Positions 38,201-50,182 of a stretch of DNA of 64,000 nt are shown one piece after another. Within the stretch, counting starts at the first letter, position 1. Each line of letters opens with the position of its first letter. The DNA comes from Malacoraja senta. Its lineage: Eukaryota. The notes below the pieces were generated by a model that did not search any database, had not been told where the DNA came from, and saw only the letters and a list, made by a program, of their open reading frames with translations. The DNA lies in contig CM075988.1 of NCBI GenBank assembly GCA_038087875.1, forward strand, positions 5,952,001-6,016,000, read 5' to 3'. The position numbers and the translations under genes were made by a program.

Positions 38201-40385
38201 ATTGGGTGAACGTTGGAGACTAACAAATAGATAAAGAGCATAAAATGAGAAAAAACAGCAAGAAAAAGAATCAAATCATAGGAATTTGGATTTGAATTTG
38301 CATACATGGATTTGACAGAAAGAAGGTAGAAAAAGTAAATGCTATTCCTTCAGAAGCAGAGACAGAGGAACTGATAATGGGTTATAACAAATTTGGTATG
38401 TCATTGATTATTTTTTAAATGTGGTCTTCATAACAGATATCATTAAAGGCAAACCAAGAGAAGGGGAAATCGAAGGGCAAATGGGGCTGGGGTATTGATT
38501 GTGGATAATCAGCCATGATCACAGTGAATGGCGATGCTAGCTCGAAGGGCCGAATGGCCAACTCCTGCACCTATTGTCTATTGACTTTTGAAGTTAAAAG
38601 AAGAAAACTCATTGGAGAGAAAGTATTAGGCAAACTAATGGGACAAAACAGCCATACAAGGATCTGAAGGAAATTACTAAAAATATATAATGCATGTTGT
38701 TTGCGATATTTCAAAACTCCACATTGTGCAACGTTACTATGGTATTGGCAAACCACTTTAAAAAAGAGGAACAAGAATGCAGGTGAGTATGGCTAATCGA
38801 TTTCAACCCAGTCGTTGGATAAATGATAGAACACATCCTTACTGAAGGGGTTAGGAGACACAAGAAATCAAAAAGACATTCAAATTAACCATTGGGATAC
38901 TACAGAGATGAACACTGAAGTATCGGCCCATGTTAATGACATAGGTAAATGGATGTGTTGTATCAGGGCTTGTTCATTATACAAGGATAATGGGAAAACA
39001 TGATGGGAGGGCGATACAAAGAGACGGCAAAGGGATGCATATAACAGGCAAAGATTTGTTAGTTGCCATATTTCGTGCAGAGATGTGAGATTGTTAATTT
39101 TGGAAGAAAGGCTAGAAAAGCAGAGTGTTGCCTCAGTGAAGAGAGATGCTGATTTACAGAAGAACCTGGATGTGCCCATACATGAAGCTGAAATTAGCAT
39201 CCAAAAGCAGGGCGGAAACCGCTATCAAAACATGGGGGGCCGACACATTTCTTGGTGCATGCGTGCGCATGTGCACATACACACACACGCACGCGAGGCT
39301 CAGGAGGCTTCAGCCGTGGGCCCTGTGGACAGTAACATCGGGAGCTGACCTGGTTGGTGACCGGCTCCGAACTCCAGCAACAGCAGCTTCGTCCGCCCCG
39401 AAACGTGGGGCTTGAATCGGCCCGTTCGCGGGGCCTTTCATCGCCCGACGCGGCTTAAAATCGGCCGGTGGGGGCTTCAACATCAGGAGCCTCGATCGCC
39501 TCGATGCAGCAGTTTAATTTTAAGCCACGCCAGGCAATGAATGGCTCCGCGAACGGGCCGATTCAGACTTTAGAAAGTGCCTGATACCCGCTTGAATCTT
39601 TCAAAAGCTATAATGTGATAAATAACACTTAATCAAATAAAACTGAAGCAAATAAAGGCAAACAGAAGAACCAACCTTGGAGGGGGGAGAGAGAGAGATG
39701 GGTAAAAAAATACAAAATAACGTGAGTGACCTGAATGAGGGAATTACCTGTAAGCCAGCCAGGAAACCCGTTCGACCAGAGCCCTTAATGACCTGACCCG
39801 TTTAAATCCGATACTTGTTTAAATCTTTCCCATCCACCAATACATCCAATTAGTTCAAATGGTAATTGTACCTGCCCACATCAGACAGCTTTGGAAGGTC
39901 AAAACACAATTGGTGACACATCGTGTTAATATGGTGTTAATAGAGACATTTAACAAGCGCTTAACAGTGACACCCCCGCGGAAAGCGGAGATTTTAATAG
40001 TTTTTTTTTCACTGAAATTCAAAATCTGGATTACAAAACATGGGGGGGGGGGATTGTCCCTCTCAAAACATGGGGGGGGGGAAGGAGGGGACATGCCCCA
40101 TCCCCCCCCCCCCCAAATCCAAGTACATGAAACAATTAGAAAGGAATTAGGAGATGCTAGCCTTGATTATAAAGAAGCTGGAGTACAGCTGTAGGAATGA
40201 TTTACTGCAATGGTACAGGAGGTTGGTGAGACAACATCTAGATTTGAGATTTGGTCTCCTTCTCAATGGAGAGATTTACTTGAATTTCTGACAGTGCAGC
40301 AGAGGTTTATTACATTGACCCCCTAGTTTAATGGGACCTCCAGGGAAAGATCAAGCATATTGGCCTAATGATGTAGAAAAATGAT

Positions 40386-43300
40386 TTTTTGCCTTGTTTT
40401 TTGGATAGGCCAAACATATCAATCTTCATATATCTCTAAATCTAGAGGTACAGCAATTATTATTCGTAAAGGTATACCATTTAAATCAAAGAATATCATA
40501 ATAGATAAGGAAGGGAGATATCTCATAGTTACCGGAGAGATTCATGCTACTCCAATCACCATGGTAAATATTTATGCGCCTAATTTTGATAATCCCCGAT
40601 TTTTTAATAAAATCCTGAATATAATCTCAGAGTTTAATTAACAAAACGTGATAATTGGGGGAGACTTTAATTGTGTTTTAGATCCGTACCTGGATAAATC
40701 TACACAACAAAAGAGGGGTAACACAAAATCTAAAACTAGTGAACTCCTAAATACATACATAAAAAATACAAATACAACAGATGTTTGGAGGATCGCTAAC
40801 CCAGCTGGAAGGGAATACTCGTTTTATTCAACGGTACACAAAACTTATTCACGTATTGACTATTTTTTAGTGGACACAAAATTAATTCCCTATACAATGA
40901 ATCCAAAATATCACAACAGCATTATTTCTGACCACTCCCCGTTAACTTTTTTTTTTTTTACTTGAAGGAATGCCTAATAAAAAAATCGTTTTGGAGGTTT
41001 AATCCTCAAATTCTAAATGATCCACAAGGTGGTATATATTTAAAACAACAGACTTTTTTTCGAGACCAATGACACCCCAGATATTTCACCCGCTTTACTA
41101 TGGGAATCTTTTAAAGCATTTATCAGAGGATCTATAATTTCATATCAAGCTTTCCAAAATAAAAAGAATAAGAATGAACAAAGGCAGTTAGAAGAACGAA
41201 TTAGACAATTGGATCTAGATAACGCTAAAGAGACAACTATAGATAAACATAATAAAATAACAATATTGAAATTGAAATTAAATTAAATGTTATTAGCAAA
41301 AGTTATAAGATTATTTCAAATTACAAAACAGGAAAATTTTGAATTCGGTGATAAACCGCATAAACTTTTGGCATGTCAATTGAAAAAACGGGAAAAAGAT
41401 CATACGATTTTAAAGATTAAATCAGATAAAGGTGAACTGTTAACACTACCTAATGATATTAATAAAAGATTTGCTCAATTTTATCAAAATTTATATACAT
41501 CTAAAATGTCAGCAGATAGTACTAAAGTTATAGAGTTCTTGGATAACTGTAATCTCCCAAAACGTAACCTGATCGAACAAGAGGAATTAGGAGTACAAAT
41601 CTCAATTAAGGAAATAGAAGAAACAATAAACTCACTAAAGAATGGAAAAACACCAGGACCAGATGGATTTATAATGAATTTTATAAAAGATTTTATGAGA
41701 TAATTTCACCACGTTTACATAAAATGTATACATATGCTTTCAAAGAACAAACATTACCAGAAACATTAGCAGAATCAACGGTTACACTTATACCTAAAAA
41801 AGATAAAGATTTAGAAGACCCTGGTTCATACAGAGCCATTGCGCTGTTAAATACAGATAAAAAAATACTAGTGAAAACATTGGCTAGAAGATTAAGTAAA
41901 TATGTTAGTAAATTAATAAATGCGGATCAAACAGGGTTTATACCCAAGAGATATTCATGCAATAATCTGAGACGTCTGTTTAATATAATGCATTCATACA
42001 AAACTGAAGAACAAGACTTATCAATTATTTCATTGGACGCAGAAAAAGCATTCGATCAAGTGGAATGGGATTACCTTGTTAAAGTTTCAAATGTTTCAAA
42101 TGGGAGAGAATTTTATCTCATGGGTAAAACTATTATATGACTGGCCCACTGCTAGAATATTAACTAATAACATGTCGTCCCCGAAATTTCAATTATCAAA
42201 GGGCAATAGACAGGGATGCTCACTATCACCTCTGCTATTTGCTCTTGTAATAGAACCTCTAGCTGAAAGCATTAGAACACATCCGAATATCCATGGTTAT
42301 AATACAAAATACTCAAATAATAAAATATCATTATACGCAGATGATGTACTATTATACATCACAAAATCACAAATCAGTATACCAAATATATTAAATCTAA
42401 TAGAGGAATTTGGATCCTTTTCAGGATATAGAATAACTTGGAATAAAAGTGAAATTATGACGATAAAACCCCAAGACTCAACACACCTGTTAAAATTCCC
42501 TTTTAAAATTGCTACAGAAATTTTTTAATATTTGGGAATTGAAATTACTAGAAAATATAAATCTTTATTTAATGCAAACTATATGCCCCTACTTAATAAA
42601 TTAAACGCCCTGATTAAATTTTGGAAAACTCTTCCGATGTCTTTAATAGATCTTTCTACCACAAATTTTATATCTATTCCAATCAATACCAATATACTTA
42701 CCAAAAAAGTTTTTTTATAAACTGGATTCCGATATCACAAATTTTATTTGGGACTATAAATCCCATAGAATTCAAAGAAGACATTTGTGCAAACCTAAAG
42801 AATTTGGTGTATTAACACTCCCTAATTTTATGTATTATTATTGGGCAGCAAATGTCAAAAATGTGATTCACCTGTTGGACAACTCTGCCCAGCGGGTGGA
42901 TTGGATAGTAATGGAGAGAGAGGATTGCTCCCCTTTTAATATAGGAGCGATCCTTCTCTCACCAATAAAATTGAATAATACAATATACAGTAAAAATCCA
43001 ATTATTCATAGTACAATTAGAATTTGGAAACAAATAAAATTAACCCTAAAATTAAGAAACCTATCGCTTCTCTCTCCCATAGTTAATAATCTGTCGTTTA
43101 AACCATCTATTATAGATAAATCATTTACACACTGGGAAAGAATAGGAATTAAAACGTTTGGAGACATGTATGAAAATGGAAATTTTTTATCATTCCAACA
43201 ACTACAACTTAAATACAATCTGAGAAGTAACCAATATTTTAAATATTTTCAAATCCGTGATTATTTGAAAAAATATACACAAGAATATCAAAATTTGTCT

Positions 43301-44336
43301 CCAGACCTACTAGACGAAGCAATGTATATAAAGGCGGAATCAACTAATTTAATATGATACTTGTATAATATCATCCTAAATATAGAAATACCATCATCCG
43401 ATAGAATTAGAAGAGATTGGGAACAAGAACTAGCTATATAAATCTCGAAAGAGAGTTGGGATAAACACTTGCTATATGTGCACAAATGCTCGATCAATGT
43501 AAGACATATTCTAATCCAATTTAAAATTTTACATAGACTATATTACTCAAAAACTAAAATAATTAAATTTTTTCCAAATGTCTCCCCCATCTGTGATAAA
43601 TGTCTATTCCAAGAAGCAACCATAGCACATTCCTTTGTTTTTTGTATAAAAATCCAACATTTTTGGAATGAAATCTTTGAAATTTTTACAAAATTATTTT
43701 AAATAAAACTGAAACCGAACGCAGAATTGATTATTTTTGGAACAATGGAAGCCAGCTTTGAGCTGACTTCGTTCCAAAAGAGCTTCCTTAATTACGGCTT
43801 AATAATGGCAATAAAACGTATACTTAAATTCTGGAAAAACGCTCCCGCACCAACGATAAAAATGTGGATTTCAAATATGTCCGAAATGTTACACCTGGAA
43901 GACATGAGATTCCTCCTAGCAGGCAAATCAGACCATTTCCAAAAGATTTGGTCTCCATTTATCGACTTATTACAAGCATAGTGTGCAACATAACTGAAAA
44001 TAAATGGTTTCAGGACCTGGTGAGGGGTGTGTAAAGATACGAAGTAGGTACATCCCTTTTATCTTATTTTACTTTCTTATATCTTCTGTTCTCTATTTTT
44101 CTCTTTCTTTTTCTTTGGTTTTCTTTTTAACTCATTCTCGTGTTTTACGTTTCTACGGGTTTCTCCTGATCACTCTTTCACGCACTTACTATACTATCTT
44201 ATCTAACTCTCTCTATTTTTCTTCTTTTTAAAGTTTAAAACAAGAAGTGGTACAGGAAAATGTATTATGTTATTTTTGGCTTATATCACTGTAATGTACA
44301 TTACTTCTAATAAATAAAATATTTAAAAAAAAAAAA
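40386..44336 (+). mobile_element. L1-clade LINE, 5'-truncated in ORF2 (APE endonuclease, RT, CCHC), multiply disrupted
   Basis: DKEGRY, IYAPN, GGDFN, SRIDYF, SDHSP, SLDAEKAFD, RQGCSLSP, YADD, CDKC..HSFVFC; AATAAA and poly-A; TSD-like gatgtagaaaaatgat (40370-40385) / gatgcagaaaaaggat (44337-44352). Confidence 0.95.
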
Positions 44337-46495
44337 GATGCAGAAAAAGGATAGCTGATCTAACGGGAACAATGTAGAATTCTGAGGGGTTTTCGTTTAG
44401 TTTAGTTTAGAGATACAGCTCGGAAACAGGCCCTTCGGCCCACTGAGTCGCACCAACCAGCAATCCCTGCACATTAGCACCATCCCGCATACACTTAAAC
44501 CAAGGCAATTTACCTACATACCTGTTACACAAAAATGCTGGAGAAACTCAGCGGGTGCAGCAGCATCTATGGAGCGAAGGAAATAGGCAACGTTTTGTGT
44601 CGAAACCCTTCTTCAGACTGATGGGGAGTGGGAGAGGGTGGGGAGTCTTGTACGTCTTGAGTGTGGGAGGAAACCGAAGGTCTCGGAGAAAACCCACGCG
44701 GTCACGGGGAGAACGCACAAACTCCGTACAGACAGCACCAGTAGTCGGGATCGAACCCGGGTCTCCAGCGGTGCAAGCGGTGTAAGGCAGCAACTCTACA
44801 GCTGCGCCACCGTGCTGCCCGGGTCTTTGAAAATTCTGAGAGGGTGTTTTTTCTGGAAGGGATCAAAACTAGGAGGCATAACAACAAGTTTAAGGGTCAG
44901 ACCTACTAGACGAAGCAATGTATATAAAGGCGGAATCAACTAATTTAATATGATACTTGTATAATATCATCCTAAATATAGAAATACCATCATCCGATAG
45001 AATTAGAAGAGATTGGGAACAAGAACTAGCTATATAAATCTCGAAAGAGAGTTGGGATAAACACTTGCTATATGTGCACAAATGCTCGATCAATGTAAGA
45101 CATATTCTAATCCAATTTAAAATTTTACATAGACTATATTACTCAAAAACTAAAATAATTAAATTTTTTCCAAATGTCTCCCCCATCTGTGATAAATGTC
45201 TATTCCAAGAAGCAACCATAGCACATTCCTTTGTTTTTTGTATAAAAATCCAACATTTTTGGAATGAAATCTTTGAAATTTTTACAAAATTATTTTAAAT
45301 AAAACTGAAACCGAACGCAGAATTGATTATTTTTGGAACAATGGAAGCCAGCTTTGAGCTGACTTCGTTCCAAAAGAGCTTCCTTAATTACGGCTTAATA
45401 ATGGCAATAAAACGTATACTTAAATTCTGGAAAAACGCTCCCGCACCAACGATAAAAATGTGGATTTCAAATATGTCCGAAATGTTACACCTGGAAGACA
45501 TGAGATTCCTCCTAGCAGGCAAATCAGACCATTTCCAAAAGATTTGGTCTCCATTTATCGACTTATTACAAGCATAGTGTGCAACATAACTGAAAATAAA
45601 TGGTTTCAGGACCTGGTGAGGGGTGTGTAAAGATACGAAGTAGGTACATCCCTTTTATCTTATTTTACTTTCTTATATCTTCTGTTCTCTATTTTTCTCT
45701 TTCTTTTTCTTTGGTTTTCTTTTTAACTCATTCTCGTGTTTTACGTTTCTACGGGTTTCTCCTGATCACTCTTTCACGCACTTACTATACTATCTTATCT
45801 AACTCTCTCTATTTTTCTTCTTTTTAAAGTTTAAAACAAGAAGTGGTACAGGAAAATGTATTATGTTATTTTTGGCTTATATCACTGTAATGTACATTAC
45901 TTCTAATAAATAAAATATTAAAAAAAAAAAAAGATGCAGAAAAAGGATAGCTGATCTAACGGGAACAATGTAGAATTCTGAGGGGTTTTCGTTTAGTTTA
46001 GTTTAGAGATACAGCTCGGAAACAGGCCCTTCGGCCCACTGAGTCGCACCAACCAGCAATCCCTGCACATTAGCACCATCCCGCATACACTTAAACCAAG
46101 GCAATTTACCTACATACCTGTTACACAAAAATGCTGGAGAAACTCAGCGGGTGCAGCAGCATCTATGGAGCGAAGGAAATAGGCAACGTTTTGTGTCGAA
46201 ACCCTTCTTCAGACTGATGGGGAGTGGGAGAGGGTGGGGAGTCTTGTACGTCTTGAGTGTGGGAGGAAACCGAAGGTCTCGGAGAAAACCCACGCGGTCA
46301 CGGGGAGAACGCACAAACTCCGTACAGACAGCACCAGTAGTCGGGATCGAACCCGGGTCTCCAGCGGTGCAAGCGGTGTAAGGCAGCAACTCTACAGCTG
46401 CGCCACCGTGCTGCCCGGGTCTTTGAAAATTCTGAGAGGGTGTTTTTTCTGGAAGGGATCAAAACTAGGAGGCATAACAACAAGTTTAAGGGTCA
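43302..46495 (+). repeat. Near-identical 1,596-bp direct tandem duplication (L1 3' end, SINE and flank)
   Basis: Identical ORFs offset by 1596 (43469/45065, 43727/45323, 44638/46234); junction at 44898-44899. Confidence 0.95.
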
Positions 46496-47349
46496 TCCAT
46501 CTCTAACTGTGATGAGAAGAAATTCCTTTCTGAAAGGGTTGTGGATCTTTGCAATCTTCTATCAGAGAGTTGAGAATACATGGTTTTTATGGGTGAGATA
46601 GATAGATTTCTGCACTATGAAGGAATTCAGTGTTGAAGAGATTAAACTATTTGTGACTCAAATCACATCAGCTTTTTGTCTTTTTAAAATAGCTGTTTTT
46701 TCCTTTTTTTTCTCTCCCACAAATATGTAATTACTGATTCTGTTCCATTCTGTTTGTAGTTTTTTTTTGTGCACAATCCGCAAGCATTGCCACTTTTCAT
46801 TTCACTGCACATCTCGTATGCGTATGTGACGAATAAACTTGACTTGACTTGACTTGACTATGGTCGTATTGAATGGTAGAGCAAGTTGACAAGCAGTTAA
46901 GAAAGTAAATTGGAATGGAATTTTTTAATGCAATGTAGATTAAAGGGGCTAGCATTTCGAGCTCTTTAAACATTTCTGTTGTCTCACCACTGATGTAAGA
47001 TCGTTAATTGCTGGTCTGGCCCTGATGTTGTGTCTGTAGTCATGGGAAGTAGAGTTTTGGGGGATATGCCAGCTTTAGAGGGAGAACAAGATAAACTGGT
47101 CAGAATGGTTCAAAGGATGAAATGTTACATCGAGATAGATAGATGGGAAAACTGGGGTTGTTCTAATGAGACAAAGCAGACGGACAGGACAGAGGTCCTT
47201 TTCCTCCAATGGATGAAGCAAGAATGTTGGATTTTTAGATATTTTGAGGTAGTGCAAGATCTAATGTTACTGTTCAGCCAAATTACATTGCTGTGAATCG
47301 TCTGCTGACCACTGGCAGTGCCAGTCTCAAACTGGTTTTACCCTCGCGT

Positions 47350-47952
47350 TTCCTGAGGGGACCGGCCAGAACCACGGCTTCAGCGGCGGCACAGCGCTGG
47401 AGCGCTATCACGGAGCGGGCGATGCCTTGCCCGGGTCACCGCGCTGGAGCTCCGGAATGCTGAGACCGCCGATGATATCATCGCGATGCTGCGGGTCTGT
47501 GGAGCGGCCAGCCGCGGGCGGCGACGCTGAACTTTACATCGGGAGCCTGGGATCTCTCGCCGAGATCACCGGTGGTGAAGCTCCATCCAGCACGGCCTGT
47601 TGGCTTCGGAAGCCGCGTTCTCGGGTAAGGAAGAGGCCGTTCCAGGTATCCCAAGCCGCTGTGAGAATTCTCCCGACGCCGGAGCACCATCATTCGGCGA
47701 GAAGGGCCTGGAACATCGGGCCTCCGTAAAGGCGACTGCGGAGGCCAAAATTGGCCCGACTATGGGTGGACATGGGGATGGGGACTGGACTTTGTGCCTT
47801 CCCTCATAATGGGAACCATTGTGGGGGATGTTTTTTATGTTTAAATTTCTTTATTATTGTTATGTTGTATTCTTTTTTTATGTGCTGCAATGGCAATATG
47901 CATTTCACTACACCAATTGGTGTATATGACTAATAAAGAACCTTTGAACCTT
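47350..47952 (+). mobile_element. GC-rich non-autonomous retroelement copy
   Basis: GC-rich body, gccttccctcataatggg motif, tail cactacaccaattggtgtatatgactaataaa. Confidence 0.65.
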
Positions 47953-48084
47953 AGATCAGATCTTAGCCCCATCTCCATCGTGATCTCTTTGTCTCTCTGG
48001 AGAGTAGAAAAACATCAGTTTGTTACCGTAATGTAATCTGATCCAATTACTTCATACTATTTATCATTTTTGTTTGCAGTTGAG

Positions 48085-48878
48085 ATGAGATGAGATTGGT
48101 GAGATGAGATTTTATTTCTTGTCATTTGAACCTCAAAGAGGCTCAAACGAAACTCCGTTTCCACAGCCATACAAACAAAACAATTCCTACACGACACACA
48201 AACAATTCAATTTACAGAAAAACATCCATCACAGTGAATCTCCTCCTCACTTTGATGGAAGGCAAAGTCTTTTCTCTCCCCTGCACCATTTTCTCCCGAT
48301 GTTGAAGCCCCAGGCGGGCAATGTTAAGTCCCATGGCCGTTGAGGCCGCGCCGGGCGGTGTATGGCCTCGCTCCGGGCCCAAAAGTCACAAAGTTGGAGC
48401 CCCCGGCGGGCGCTGGAATGTCCTGCGGCCATTAAAGCCGCGCCGGTCGATTTACGGCCCCGCTCCGGGTCGTTCCAACCCCGCGACACGGGCGGGAGAA
48501 GTTGCGTTGCGGGAGCTCCGGAAAGCGGTCTCTCACCCGGACCCGCGAGCTCCCGATATCATAGTCCACAGGTCTGCAGCTAGAGCTCCGGAAGTCGGGC
48601 CGCAGCAGCGAGCCACCACCGCTCCTCACACTCCCAGGTCGTCCCGGTCGGAGGCCGCTACACGGAGCTAGGCCCCAACGACAACGGAGACCCGACAGGG
48701 AAAAGGTCGGGTCTCCCGTGCAGGGAAGAGATTTTTTAAAGTTTCCCCCTCCCCCCCCACATATACACAGTTAAAAACAGTATAAAAAACACAAACAACT
48801 ACATTTAACTAGACAAAAATAAAAAAATAAAAAGACAGACAGGCTGTAGGGGCCACTGCAGTAATCCGCGCCCCCGCA
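48085..48878 (-). mobile_element. GC-rich non-autonomous retroelement copy (inverted)
   Basis: Reverse complement has ctttgccttccatca...cactgtgatggatgttt...ctgtggaaac...gacaagaaataaa. Confidence 0.65.
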
Positions 48879-50182
48879 CTTCCAAGTTGACAGATATATG
48901 TCTATTAACTGTTGAAATTGGCAAAATGTTGATGTCTGTGTTTACTTTGTAGTCATATCTCATGTTATTCTGACCTGGACGTTCGAGTTGCCGAACCAGG
49001 CCATTATGTGACCGGTCAAAGTGCGCAAACCCAACTAGTGATACAACCTGTGTCCCTGTAACAATATAAACATAATCCATTCAGGAGGATTCTGAGCAGT
49101 GTGAATGCCAGAGTTGATTTTGTGTTTACGTGTTCATAGACACAGACCCATTCTGTCCATTGTGTGACTATCTATGAAGTACCAATAAGCATGGGTAGAC
49201 TGTCGATAAAGTCTTATAGTGTATGGTACAGGTTTGCTGAGTGTCTGTCTAGATTTTACGAAGACATGGACCTACTTGGCTCTCCTTGCAGATTCACTAC
49301 AACGCAGGGCCATTATAGTCTGCACATTCAGAGTAACTTTGCAACAAACCATCTATAATCCTAGAGCCATACTGTGACACCTCTACATACTGCCTGTAGC
49401 ATGTTATGTACTATCTATTTATACAGCACCACTTGTAAATTCTGTACATGTTGACTGTCTTGTGCAGAATTTACAAGCGCAAATCCAAACTTTGACTCCC
49501 CACGTCTCAACATTCTCCAATTTTAACCCATCTGTGAATTTCCCCTTTATGTTTCCCCTGTATGTTTGAATTGCTATCAATTCAATTGACAATTCGCTCT
49601 ATGTCAAAGAAAATGGGCAAATTTGTCATTTTATTTTGGCACAATTAGCAGCCTGTGCTCATTAGGCCACGTATGCATCCATTTCCAGGTTAATTAGCAA
49701 CCACTGGGAAATGGGCGCAGGTGTGACTGTCGCGAGGGTGTCTCGTGTGTTGCTTGGCTGTGGTGTGCATCTAATCGCATTAACTAATTGGCAGCAGGCA
49801 TTTTGTTTTATCAACAGAAATTGTCTGTAAAAAGATGTGACCAACGACGTGCTTTTTGCCCTCAAAGTTAAATGATCAGTAACGGTGGGGGACTTGCAGG
49901 TGAAGTTGTTTCGCGAGAGACATGGCGATGAAATTTGTGAATTGTGTTCTGCACTGATTTCCTGTGGCTCTCTGAATTAAGTGCTAGCCAAACAGAGCTC
50001 AGAAAAAGCACAACAGAATAAACTCCAACTCCTTCTCTGGAGCCTCCGTGACCAGAAAAACTCCCTCTCTCCCTCTCCAATATTGCATGTATTTCCACAT
50101 AAAAGAAACTCACTCTTTGATCCCATATTGCAACCACCACCATTGCAGACTCGCCTAATAGTGCTTGATGTGAATTGCAATA

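Noticed and set aside
39748..39871. Minus-strand exon-like segment between the two antisense candidates
   Set aside because: Weak acceptor and an in-frame TAA.
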